A stretch of 64,000 nucleotides of DNA from contig JABCTZ010000046.1 of NCBI GenBank assembly GCA_018238155.1, forward strand, positions 96,001 to 160,000. Reading direction: 5' to 3'. The position numbers and the translations under genes are program-made. Positions 1 to 12,000 of this stretch are shown here, piece by piece; within the stretch, counting starts at the first letter, position 1, and each line of letters begins with the position of its first letter. This stretch comes from Candidatus Heimdallarchaeota archaeon. GTDB taxonomy: Archaea > Asgardarchaeota > Heimdallarchaeia > JABLTI01. The notes beneath the pieces were generated by a model, which was given only the letters and a program-made list of their open reading frames with translations, ran no database searches and was not told the origin of the DNA.

Positions 1-1
1 G

Positions 2-937
2 AAAATTTCTCTGAAAGGTTCACTCGTAAGTGAAATAACTCAAGAACTAATTTTTAATACCTTTAAAGAAGTAAACGAAAAACGAGACAAGAGAATAGGT
101 AAATCAAAAATAATCATTGAAACAATATTCCGGTTTTATAGAGATTTACCTAGAATAGATATCACTACTAAACTTGTCAATACAGCAAAGGACCACAGAT
201 TTAGAATTTGTTTTCCGATGCCTTTTGAAACAACAAATACTTTAACATCAACACATTTTGGTTACATAGAAAGGCTTGGAGAAGCGATTGAAAACAAAGA
301 TGTAGTTGAACAACCTTCAGGAATACAACCACAGAAACGATTCATTCGAGTGGAGTCAGAAGAAAAAGATCAAACTGCATTCACACTTATAAACAAAGGA
401 TTGCCAGAAGTTGAATTGATAGGTAAATCGATTTTAGCATTAACTCTTATCCGATCTATCGGATTTCTCTCGAGATCAGATTACCCAGAGAGGCCAATGC
501 ATGCAGGTCCTTATTTAGAAACACCAGGTGCCCAAGAATTAGGACAAGAATACCAATTTAGATACAGCTTCTTATGTCATTCTAAAGAAAAACCAATGAC
601 GTTTAGTATAGATCACTCTGAAGCATTCTGTCTAGAAGGACAAAGCGTTGTTTTCAAAGATAGTAGTCCATTAAGAGATCTAACAAATCCACTAATTGAA
701 ATCGAAAACCAGAATTTAAGATTGTCCTCAATGAGGATTCGAGATGAAAAACTTCAATTGCTAATTTTCAACTTGACTTCAGAGAATATACAATCTGAAA
801 TAAAATTAGACAAGCAGTTCAGCAAATGCACTGATGTAAAAATTGATGGAACAATAAAACAAAGCTTTGTAATTTCAAAGAAGAAGATCATATTAACATT
901 CGAGCCTTTCGAAATTAAATTATTACAAATCAAATAA
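2..937 (+). CDS. Glycoside hydrolase family 38 (alpha-mannosidase-like), C-terminal part; 5' end lies outside the window
   Basis: The frame is open from base 2 (…RIDITTKLVNTAKDHRFRICFP). Motifs NKGLPEVE, LTLIRSIGFLSR and TPGAQELG are typical of the GH38 C-terminal region. Confidence 0.8.
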   Translation, partial: KISLKGSLVSEITQELIFNTFKEVNEKRDKRIGKSKIIIETIFRFYRDLPRIDITTKLVNTAKDHRFRICFPMPFETTNTLTSTHFGYIERLGEAIENKDVVEQPSGIQPQKRFIRVESEEKDQTAFTLINKGLPEVELIGKSILALTLIRSIGFLSRSDYPERPMHAGPYLETPGAQELGQEYQFRYSFLCHSKEKPMTFSIDHSEAFCLEGQSVVFKDSSPLRDLTNPLIEIENQNLRLSSMRIRDEKLQLLIFNLTSENIQSEIKLDKQFSKCTDVKIDGTIKQSFVISKKKIILTFEPFEIKLLQIK

Positions 938-1010
938 AATCAACTGAAAATGATTTTTCTTCCAATCCCTTTGAAATCTATTTTAATTAGAATTTCTAAC
1001 AATTCTTTGA

Positions 1011-1054
1011 TGGTCACTATCCCCCATACTATTCTTATTGTGTGACCACTATAT
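1011..1054. other. Intergenic element: 7-bp inverted repeat plus a motif shared with 35181-35195
   Basis: TGGTCAC (1011-1017) and GTGACCA (1042-1048) form the inverted repeat. The minus strand of 1040-1054 reads ATATAGTGGTCACAC. Confidence 0.4.
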
Positions 1055-1218
1055 TAGTAATTGAACTTAAAATAAAGTTCATTGAAAATAATTAAGGTGA
1101 AAGAAAAAATGGTAACACAAAAAGAAAAAGTGAGAAGAAAAGTAAAGAAAGACATAGAAAAAATACGTAATGAATCATTATTGACATTAGATATATAATA
1201 ATTATAGAACACTAAGGA

Positions 1219-4200
1219 TTGAAAGTAATGACTGATAAAATGGGCTTAATTAAAAAATATGAACCATCTATGGCAAAAGCTGCAGCTGAGATGTTTAATT
1301 CATTCAAAGAGCTTTGGCCAGGAGGTTTCGGTGGTAGTGTTCCTTATACAGAACAGAGAGTTCAAGATTGGTTAGATAAAACGTCTGCGTATGCAGATCT
1401 AATTGCTGTAGATGAAGAAGGAACTTTAGCAGGATATTGTGGTTTGTATCCACATTGGCGAGACAAGAAAGCAGCATATATTTCTATCTTAGGTGTTACA
1501 CCTAAAGCACAAGGTAAGAAATTTGGAAAGAGATTATTATTAAAAGCTCTCGAGATAGCTTTAGAAAATGGTTTAACTCGTGTAGATCTCAATACATGGT
1601 CTGGAAATCTTGAAGCCGTACCATTGTACAAGAAGATTGGTTTGTTTTGGGTGCCAGAGACTGAAGTATATATGCAAGATTTTATTCCAGGAATATTGCA
1701 ATTACCTTTAGCCAAAGATTATTTTGAAAAACATCCAGATTGGTATAGTAGTTTCAAACGAGAGCTAACTCAAGCACCTGATGAGCATATAGTAGAAAAT
1801 ATGGAAATTTATTCTTATGTTTTCGAAAATGGAGAGGATAGACTTGAAGCAGAAGTTGATCGATATGGTTGGGGTTTTTGTAGTTTTAAAAGAATGTTAG
1901 ATGGAAAGAAAATTTCTATCGAAACGCGAATGAAATCACATAAGATATTTATTGGTATTCCAAATGCTATGACTATTCGAGTGCAAAATGAAAATGATCA
2001 AGATGCTAAAGTAAAACTGAAAATAGAAGCTTTTAAAGGATTGATATGGAAAGAACCCTTCCCCAAATCATTTGAACTTAAAAAAGGAGAAACTCTTGAT
2101 ATCACTCGAGAGTTTACTGTTGACAATACTACTACAGTATTCAAAGATAATAATAGAAGCTGTGAAAGAATAAAATCAACAATTTCCATTGAAGATCAAT
2201 CCATTGAGCTAATAACTAGTGGTAAAATACAATCTGCTATTGATCTCCGATCAATAAATGAAAACCGATTCATGTTTGTTCCTGTTGGGATAGAATCAGT
2301 TATTTCAATGGACCTCATCAATCACACCGATTTAGAATTAAAAGGAGAAATCAATATCAATATTCCAGGACTTGAGAATAGCAATCAATTAATTGATTTT
2401 GTAATACAACCAAACGCCATCTCTGGAATTCAAGTACCAATCACTTTTCCAATAAATATGAAGATAGATAAACTTACAATTGAAGCAACATCGTCATTTT
2501 CTTTCAATAATAAAATGGAGAAAATGCCTTGTTTTTATCATCCAATTATTGTGAAGAAAGATAATGTTATTGAATTGCTTGAATTTGAAGATACAAAAAG
2601 ACTCTACTTGGTAACAGACAAAGTTACTGTAAGAGCTGATCTTGAAGGGGGGAATCTTCGTGTTTATCAGCAAGATAATCAAGGAAATGTTCAATTACAA
2701 CATCAAGCAGGTCCACCTTTCGGACTTTCATTAGATAGAACGCTTCTACACACATACGAACTGAAGCAAAGTGGAAATTATACAACGTTAATTCTTAGTG
2801 CTAAAAGTCTCCAAGTCAAAGGTTTACATGTTAAGAAATATCTTAAAGTATCTCCTAGTTTAGATGAAGTAGAATATTGGGTTGAATATACTAATCAACT
2901 ACAGAATGGTTCCATTCATGTTTGTGGAAGAACATCATCAATTAGTGGAGGCATTACTCTCAGTCCAATGGCAGCAAAAGGAAAATCCTTTACTCCGATA
3001 AAAGGGAAAATCATTGAATGTGACTCAATTGCAGAATTTATTACAAGCCCATTGATAACCGAAGATACGAAAGATTGGTACGAAACTTGGACAGCTACAG
3101 AAGGTTTAATCTATAAAGATTTATCAACTTGGATCTGGAAACCAAACAATATTGAAAAAGTCAAAGTAAATAAAGGATCCCTTTCAAGACTTGATAGCAT
3201 AACCAAAGAAGTGAATTCAGGAGAAATCTTCAAACCAGTTCATTTGTGGTACTGTTTCGGAATGGTATCTCTACAAGAAGTTAGAAATCGCTGGAATCAG
3301 CTTGTTGGTAATACACACTTCAATTATCAAGAAGATTTTTTGGGTCCAAAAACAATCAAGTTAATTGAAGCGGAATTTGTAGATGGAAATATTGTTCGCT
3401 CAGGACAAACACATCTCAAAACAATAACATTAAATTTCAGCTCTTCATATCCGCTACAAGGTGCACTTACTCTGAAAGCACCCAAAGGGTGGCAAATTAA
3501 ATTCGTTGATGAAAAAGAAAAGAAAGAAACTATTCAACTGCCAAAATTTGTGCCTTTTATACCTATTCCAATACAAATCGAAATAATTGTCCCGGAAAAT
3601 TGCAAAGCATCTATAGAAAAATTACAATTACATCTTAGTTCTGAATTTGAACTTGATTTTAATCTTCCTGTACTCATTGCTTCAGGTGGAGAAGTTAAAA
3701 TTACAGAATCAGCTATCGGAGAAAGAAAGATCTACGAAGTATCAAACGGTTCGCTCTCATTCGTTGTACCAAGAGATATTGGTGGAAACTTGCTCAGACT
3801 AAAAGATGCAAAAGGAAAAACATTCCTAATTGATAATTTCCCAGAATTACAACCAAGATTCTTTTTCACACATAATATTGGTGGTATGCAACCAGCAGTA
3901 ATTCATTTCACAGCAAACAATCCTTTTTACAGACCAGAAATAACAACAACAGAAATAGAAGAAGATGGTCTGTGGAAGGGCATTAAATCCTCTTGGACAA
4001 TAACCAATGATAAAAAATACCTAATGGGATTAGGTGTTGAAACAACTTACCTTACTCTACCAGGTAGCAACATCATTAGAACGATAATCACTCTGAACAA
4101 CAAAACAGCAAGGAAAATGCCTTGTGGTTCAGGACTAATGGTTGACATAGGTCTAGATGGTTCTAGAGATAATAATGTAATTGAAGCTACTAGTGGAAGT

Positions 4201-4494
4201 GGTTTGTGGACACGCAATCCAGTTAAAAATCAATTTGTTGCAAATAGCTCATTTGATGAACCTTATTGTCGAGTAACGAAAGGAAAACAATCACTAGCAA
4301 TAATTATACCAGATGGCTATCCCGGATCAGCTATCTCTGTTGATCTTGTGATGATGCTATTAAATTGGATTATAAACTACACTTACGTCGAACCAAACGC
4401 AAAAACCACAACAGAAATGGCTATAATGATAAATCAACCTCGAGAGAAAATGGAAGAAGTAAGAATAGCTCTCAGGAAAAAAGTGACATTTTGA
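1219..4494 (+). CDS. Large protein with an N-terminal GNAT acetyltransferase domain and long beta-rich C-terminal regions
   Basis: Acetyl-CoA motif V.P.AQGKKFGK and N..AVPLYKKIG in the first ~150 aa. The true start may be ATG 1228 or 1240. Confidence 0.75.
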   Translation: MKVMTDKMGLIKKYEPSMAKAAAEMFNSFKELWPGGFGGSVPYTEQRVQDWLDKTSAYADLIAVDEEGTLAGYCGLYPHWRDKKAAYISILGVTPKAQGKKFGKRLLLKALEIALENGLTRVDLNTWSGNLEAVPLYKKIGLFWVPETEVYMQDFIPGILQLPLAKDYFEKHPDWYSSFKRELTQAPDEHIVENMEIYSYVFENGEDRLEAEVDRYGWGFCSFKRMLDGKKISIETRMKSHKIFIGIPNAMTIRVQNENDQDAKVKLKIEAFKGLIWKEPFPKSFELKKGETLDITREFTVDNTTTVFKDNNRSCERIKSTISIEDQSIELITSGKIQSAIDLRSINENRFMFVPVGIESVISMDLINHTDLELKGEININIPGLENSNQLIDFVIQPNAISGIQVPITFPINMKIDKLTIEATSSFSFNNKMEKMPCFYHPIIVKKDNVIELLEFEDTKRLYLVTDKVTVRADLEGGNLRVYQQDNQGNVQLQHQAGPPFGLSLDRTLLHTYELKQSGNYTTLILSAKSLQVKGLHVKKYLKVSPSLDEVEYWVEYTNQLQNGSIHVCGRTSSISGGITLSPMAAKGKSFTPIKGKIIECDSIAEFITSPLITEDTKDWYETWTATEGLIYKDLSTWIWKPNNIEKVKVNKGSLSRLDSITKEVNSGEIFKPVHLWYCFGMVSLQEVRNRWNQLVGNTHFNYQEDFLGPKTIKLIEAEFVDGNIVRSGQTHLKTITLNFSSSYPLQGALTLKAPKGWQIKFVDEKEKKETIQLPKFVPFIPIPIQIEIIVPENCKASIEKLQLHLSSEFELDFNLPVLIASGGEVKITESAIGERKIYEVSNGSLSFVVPRDIGGNLLRLKDAKGKTFLIDNFPELQPRFFFTHNIGGMQPAVIHFTANNPFYRPEITTTEIEEDGLWKGIKSSWTITNDKKYLMGLGVETTYLTLPGSNIIRTIITLNNKTARKMPCGSGLMVDIGLDGSRDNNVIEATSGSGLWTRNPVKNQFVANSSFDEPYCRVTKGKQSLAIIIPDGYPGSAISVDLVMMLLNWIINYTYVEPNAKTTTEMAIMINQPREKMEEVRIALRKKVTF

Positions 4495-4570
4495 AAGGGA
4501 ATACCCTTTTACCTCTTTTTTTCACGAATATTCCTAAAGCTAAACTCTTTTTAATTGTTTTAAAGATTAG

Positions 4571-7500
4571 AATATTATCGATATCAATGGATCAGCTATA
4601 TCCAAAATTCATGCAGTAGAAATTGCGGAAGCAGATCAAGATAGCTATAACTTTTTTGAAATTCTTATGTTATCACAATTTTCATCAAATGATTCAATCT
4701 CTTCTACAGGACTGCAAATTTTTGAATCTTTTTCAACTGTAACTGATGACTATATTTATGATAATCCAACATATAGTGATGATGATTTACCTGGAGCTTC
4801 ACATTCAAATACCTTTGATAGTTTTGGTCATACGATTATTGTTGACGATGTTGATAATGATGGTATACACGAAACGATTATTGTTGGAAAAGATTATCTG
4901 AAAATATTTGGCTATGATACTTTCAATGATACGGCAATTCCATTAGTTTTGGATATCAATGATGAAACATACCCATTAATGGGTGGAGGTGCAGGAGTCT
5001 TTGATATAGATGGGGATTCCTATAATGAATTAATTGTTGGTTGTAATAATGGTACAACTTTGATTTATCAAATTGCTGATTTAAATTCCAATGATGCAAT
5101 TGAGGATTTATTAGCTATCACGGAATGGAAAGGTGATTTAGGTACCATGCCAGGTAAAAGAGGTTCAATAATAGGTTTGGATGTTGATGGAGATGGAGTA
5201 GATGAAGCAATTATTGGTGACCAATTTGGTCAAATAATCGTTCTAGGTTTAGGTGAATTGCCGACTTTTTCAATTACTTCTCCAATTGAGGGATATACTT
5301 CTAATCAAGAAACTATCTTATTTGAATGGGAAACCTCAAATGATACTTTGCCAATAATGTTCTACGAAATTTACATTAATGCTACATTTTCTTTAAGAGT
5401 TGGTGGAGCTCAAACTGGTGCAGTGATTCCTCTAGAACTGGGGAGCAATTCTATAACCATTGTTTGTACAGATATTCAAGGTAAAACTGATTCAGACAGT
5501 CGAATAGTGATATATAATGTAGGAGCACCAGTAATCGAAATAACAAAACCCGAGAACGGCTATTTGACAGATCAATCATCTATTACCATTTATTGGGTTG
5601 CATTTGATCCTCAATCAGATATACTGACGTATGAAATATATGCTAATGGTACTCTTAAAGGAACACCAACAACGTCACTACATACTTTTATTTTAGATTC
5701 AGAAGGTATTTGGAATATTACTATAATTGCAGATGATGGAGCTGGTGATAGAGTAAAAGATATGATTTATGTTATTTTTGACCGAACAGGTCCAGTCATC
5801 ACTATTACTTTACCTGCAGATGATTCTTTTGTAAGTACCGATTCAATTCATCTTCAATGGTCAGCACATGATGAGTTTACTTCTATTGATTATTATGAAA
5901 TTTATCGTGATGGATTTCTACAAGGAAATACAACATCGAAATTTTATGATGTCGATATTGCAGTAGATAAGATATATACTTTAGAAGTAATAGCCTATGA
6001 TGTTTTAGGCAATTATGATTCAGATTCAATCCAGATTACTCGAGATATGATCAACCCTTTTGTTTCCTTAGAAGCTTTAAGCTATCCAACAAATTATGAT
6101 GGTTGGTATGTTACTGATTTGGGTGATTTATTTATTGAATGGAATGGTACTGACACAGGAAGTGGCATAGACTATTTTGATGTCTTAGTAAATGATGAAC
6201 AATATGGCATCTATCCAGCTACTGCTGAGAACGACACAGTTACTCTAACAGAAGGACCAAATGATGTTGAAATAATTGCCTATGATAAAGCAGGTAACTC
6301 AGCCTCTGCTTATTACATTGTTGCTTATGATGTATCGAATCCTCTAGTAACGATTATTTCTCCAGAGAACAATCACTTAACTAGTGCAGAAAATGTAACC
6401 GTTTTCTGGGATGCTTCAGATGTAAGTTCTGGATTAAAAGAAATTTCCGTTATTGTTGACGGTTTCATTCAAGCTACTTTTACAGATTCTTCAATTAATT
6501 CATATTTAGTCAATATCTCTGAAACAAAAATTTACTCCATAACCATTCAAGTCATAGATTTTCTAGATAATTTAGCAGAAGACACTATTAATGTTGAACA
6601 TGACCCTATTTCACCAATTTTAATTGTAACTAGTCCATTAGCTGAAACTAGTTTTATCAATTCAACTTATGTAGAAGTATCTTGGGAAACTATAAACATC
6701 TCCCCAGATGAATTCGCCGTTTTTATTAATGGAACAGCTTACAATTATACTGCAACCATTTTTGATGCTATTATCAATTTAGAAGACGTATTTGGAACAA
6801 TTGATGAAAATACGTATCCAAAAGTGAATATAACTGTAGTAGCTGTTATCGGTGGCCAATATCAATATCCTAATACAAAATATGTTACTGTTGATTTAAA
6901 GAGCCCACTTGTAGCCATTAGCTCTCCTATTAATTTTGCAACGATTTCTGATGATTCAGTTGTGATAACTTGGACAGGAAGCGATATTGGTTCTGATATC
7001 AGTAGTTATACATTATGGGTAAATGATACATTAATTGGCAGCTGGGATAAGACGATTACTGTACGAGAGATAAATGTTGAAAGTTATTCTGATGGAGTAT
7101 ATATGATAATACTGGAAGGTCGAGATTTCGCGGGTAATGGTTTTAATTCAATCATTTACATCAATCTTTTCTCATCTGATCCTGAATTCACTCTTAATAT
7201 CCCAATTTCGTTACTAACTAATGACCCAAGTTTCCCATTCATAATCTCAATTACTAATCCTAGTTCAGGCATACAAGAAGTATCTGTTTTAGCAGATAAT
7301 TCAGAAATTGTTTATTATATCAATTACAATGAGAGTTATCAAGTTAATCATTTTGATATTGCGATTAATGTAGAAGAAATGAATTTTGTTTCACCAACAA
7401 ATGAACACAATTTAACAATAACAATATATGATCGTGGTGGACGAAGTGCAACTACAATAGTAAATGTTATTGTTGATAAGGAGAATCCAAATATAATCGA

Positions 7501-8623
7501 TCCAATAATTGATAGCACTTTACTAGGTCCTTATGGATTTACTATTGAAATTTCAGAAAATAGAACGGATACACATAATTTTACTTTGAAAACAACAGAT
7601 TCAAGTGGAATCCAACAAGCCAATTTACTCATCTTTAATGAAAACTACAGTTTCTCTTACATGATGACATTAGACACCGAATTTGTATCTTCTACTTTGT
7701 TTAAATTTGATGCATCCGTTAATTTTGATGATTACATTGCAGTAGTATATAGTATACAAATATCGATTACAGATAACGCTGGTAATACACATTCACAAAC
7801 ATATCAGTTACAAATCATTTTAGAAGAACAACAAATTATTTCAACACCACCAACTAGCCCTGGAGAGGTGAATCAGTGGTTAAAAGATAATCTCTTTACC
7901 ATTGTCATCCCAAGCGCTGCAGGATTACTATTAATGCTCATTTTAGCAATTATCATTTCTGTTGCAATTCGTAAGAGAGGAGTAAATCATGGTTGGCGTG
8001 ATGTTGTTAAAGCAGTCGCATATGTTACCAAAACTGGATTAACTGTCGCATATGTTCGGTACACTGAAGATATATACACTGATGAACAACTGTTTGGCGG
8101 TGCATTAACTGGTATTGTAGGTATCTTGGGAGAAATAACAGGTGAAGAAGAAGTTACTATGAAAGTTCAAACGATGGAATACGGTGGTAAACGTCTTCTT
8201 GTTTGTTCAGGAATTTTTGGAAACGCTATTCTATTAGCAAGTGAAACAAAACCCATTTTGAAAGAATTACTCAAAAAGTTCATTCTCGAATTTGAATTAA
8301 CTTACAAGTTTAATCTTGCTCAAGATATGCTTGATTTAAATGATTATGAGGCTGCTCCCTTAATGGTTGAAAGTTACTTTGGAGTGGGAATTGAGAATAT
8401 TAGAAATGATCAAGAAGCTCCTCTTACAATGGAAGATTTTGATCAAAACACCTCTGATTTTTCTCTTTCAGAGGTGCATATTGAAGAAAACTCTGAAGAA
8501 TTATCAACGAACTATAATCAAACAACTGAAACCTTAGATGAAACTCTTCCTGCTGAAGAAGTAGAACATGGTGAATCTTTTGATAATAATCAAGATTCAT
8601 TTGATGAAAACAATAATGAGTAA
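4571..8623 (+). pseudogene. 5'-truncated paralog of the FG-GAP/Ig-repeat single-pass surface protein with cytoplasmic longin-like domain (ORF 4667-8623)
   Basis: Collinear with 9045-14567 from propeller blade 4 onward. In-frame homology continues upstream of the ATG (KIHAVEIAEADQDSYNFFEIL) to a TAG at 4568-4570. No signal peptide. About 9 Ig-like repeats, a TM helix, a longin-like domain and an acidic tail follow. Confidence 0.65.
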
Positions 8624-8658
8624 ATGAAATACAAAACGTATTTCATATTACTTTTTTT
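8624..8658 (+). terminator. Hairpin plus T-tract terminator
   Basis: ATGAAATAC-aaaac-GTATTTCAT (8624-8646), then T7, directly after the stop at 8623. Confidence 0.6.
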
Positions 8659-8887
8659 AAAAGTTCTTCGCAAGCTTTCTCACAGAATCCATTGATGCCA
8701 AATCGGCAACCATTAATTCTACTGCCGAATTTCCGCTTGAACTTTTAATTTCCTCTACTTCTTCTTTTCCTTTTGTGGCATCTCGACATACGAGAATTAC
8801 TTTTGCATTCATTTCCGCAAGCTCTTGGGCAACTGCTTTTCCGATTCCAGAATTAGATCCAGTAACCATACAAATTTGGTCTTTCAT
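8657..8887 (-). pseudogene. Truncated short-chain dehydrogenase/reductase (N-terminal Rossmann fragment only)
   Basis: MKDQICMVTGSNSGIGKAVA…ADLASMDSVRKLAKNF* has TGxxxGIG but stops after ~76 aa, before the NNAG and YxxxK motifs. Confidence 0.75.
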
Positions 8888-9044
8888 AATAAATACCATC
8901 AATCTTCTTTCAAATAACCAAGATTTCAAATCATTTAACAAAATAAAACCATTAAAGTTGTCGGTCAAAAACAAATGTGAATAATCTATAGAAATTTTCA
9001 ATATGAGTGTTAGATTGATTCACTTTTTTCATTTTTGAGAGAAA

Positions 9045-12000
9045 TCAGATATCAGACCATTTTTCAGCTATCTCATTGAACCAAATTTTAGTTGAATTTT
9101 CAATTGCTTGCTTCAACCTAAAATTGTTATTTTGTCGTCCTGCATCAATAGCTACTCTTATTTCATTGGTAATTGTTCTCATATTTTCAATAAACAACTG
9201 TAATTCAAAATTCGTTCTCTCTAATTGACGTATTAAATCTAAATCCATAATCACAGATTGTAAATGAAAATCTGCCTCATCAAAATTCTGTTCGGTTAAT
9301 GCAATTATTATAGTAGGAGTAGATGAGATTATTTTCATAAGACTTCTATTTGCTTCTCGAGATAATTGGCTTACTAGATGATCTATAGGGGAATCACTTT
9401 TATGAATTAAATCAAAATCTTTCTTATCCTTTTCAGTTGAATGGGTTACTTCAGGTTCAATATCATTGATAACATTTTGTAATTGATTTGTAATTCCAGC
9501 TTCTGGGGTTATCTCTTTTACTGAGCCAAAGATTTTTTCTACAAGTTCTTCACTACCAGAAAATGAACTACTATCCACAAAGTATAGATTTTCCAATGCA
9601 TTAGAATATTTCTTGACAAATTTGTTGTCAAATTTCTTTAGCAATTTTACATGTATTGGTTTAACTTGATTAACCATTAAAACACTAATCCCATGTTCAC
9701 CTAAGAAAAGAAACATTGTTTTGTCACCTAATTCCAAAGTTTCGATTGTTCCTTTCAGCTTCCGTCCTGAAATTTCTGTAAGCATACTTTGAATTGCTAC
9801 CATTGCACCGCCAATCAATTGTTCTTCTTGAATCAATTTAGTAACATAGTTGACACTAACACATGTTAGTCCGGTCTTCTTAACATATAGCACGGCAATA
9901 ATTTCTTCTCGCCAGTTTTTGTTTTGTATTGGTCCTCTAGTTACCGCTGCTAATAATATTGAAATAATTACGAATCCACTAATCCCTATGGAAAGATAGA
10001 GAGCATTATTTCCTTGTTGCAACCATGAATTACCTGCTTCTGGAACAATTGCCAAATTGTATGATAAACTTTGATTATTGCCTGCAAAATCAAATGTGGT
10101 GAAAATAATTGTATATTCACCTATTTCAAAATCAGCCAAACTTAGATTTAGAGAGTAAATTGCAATCTGAACTCCTTCTGTTTCAGTAATCATATCATAT
10201 GTTACAGATGAATCATCACCAAGAATAGTCATTGTAACTCCATCTAGCCCAAAATTATCTGTAACCGTTATTAAGATGGATAGAATCTTTTCGCTTCCAT
10301 TTAGTACTTCCAAACCATCTGCGGTCAATAATACAGAATTGATTGTAATATCAGGTAGTATTGTTGGTGCTTCTGTGTCGATATTAATAATATATAATTG
10401 AATCAATTCACGATTGTAATAATCAAGTACTGCAACTTCAAGTTCGTGGCTATCATCAAATCCGATAAATGATGATACATTAAAATCATATGAAATGGTA
10501 AATGACTCATTTCGTATTGATAGTTCATAATTCTCATTTACTATTTCATCATTATCTAACAATATGATTAAACCCTTTACACCGGATTGTGTATCTGTTA
10601 TCGTAAACTCAAATTGGAAATCACCATCTTGTGTATAATAAATAGTAGGGATATTTGCTTCATAGTCAGGCATTAAGATATTCAGAAGTAGTGTGATATT
10701 ACTAGTAACCCTGTTAGAAGCCAAATCTAAAACTTCAACAGTTATTAATTGTTCTCCATCTTCCTCATCAAATATTAGATAGAAATAATTCTTATCACAA
10801 GAGCAGAAATTAAGATATTGACCATTTATCAAAATTCTGTAACTATATACACCTGATCCTTGATCATTTGCTGTCCACTGAATATAAACAATATCTTGGA
10901 AATAAGTAGTATAATTTGTTGGAGTAGTTATTATAACTGTAGGTTCAGATTGATCCACAATTATCCATTTTGTATCTGAAATATTGTTACTCAATGTCTG
11001 AATAATAATTGTTAGATTAAAGAGAGGATATTCATCAATTGCGATATCACCCAAATCAATAACAGTATTTCTTGTTGAAATCTCACTAATAGTTTGATTA
11101 AGTATCTCGTTAACATAAATACAGTATGAAATGAAATTTTGAATATTTGATACATCCCATTCAATTGAAATTTGTGAATCAGAAATGTAAGATAAATTTG
11201 CTTGTGGTGTAACCAACGCAATTGAAGGGAGTGTAGAATCTTGAGTTACAGTAATCGTATCATTAAATGCGTAACCGTAAAGATCAACTACACCAATAAT
11301 TATCGAGGATGTGTGATCAAGGGCTAAAGGAACAATTGTGGTAGTTACTAGTGGATTACTTATTATTTCAATTAATATATTATCAACATAGATATTATAT
11401 TCAGATATTCCAGAACCAGTATCATTACTATACCAATTAGCAATAAAATAATCCAAACCAGTTGTGAAACCTGTTTCGGGAGAAATAATCTCAAGATAAG
11501 GAATAGTATTATCAACAAAAATGATGATATGATCAGAATCAATATTTCCTGCTAAATCATAAGTAGTTACAATGATATCTTTAACTCCTTCATTTTCTAC
11601 TGAAAATGTAGTTGTTGTTGCACCTATACCAGAATATTTTGTTTGTTGATCAACAACCACTTCAGTATGGTGAATACCTGTACCACCAATATTATCCTCT
11701 GCATCCCAATTAATAGTAATTTGATCTGATGAAGTTTTATAGCCATCAATTGGATCAGTAATCGAAATTGATGGTTTTGCTGTATCCTTCACAATTGTAA
11801 TAGAATCTATTCTTGAATTACTTAATTGATCGTATGCAGTTACTCGTAAACTGTATGTTTTATCTGTATCCAATGCTACCAATTGTGAAAGTGTGGAAGT
11901 AGTTGCATACACTTGTCCATCTTTTTCTATTACAAAATGTGATAAACCACTAAGAGCATCAGATGCTGACCATTGCATCTCAATTATTGCTAGTTTCATT

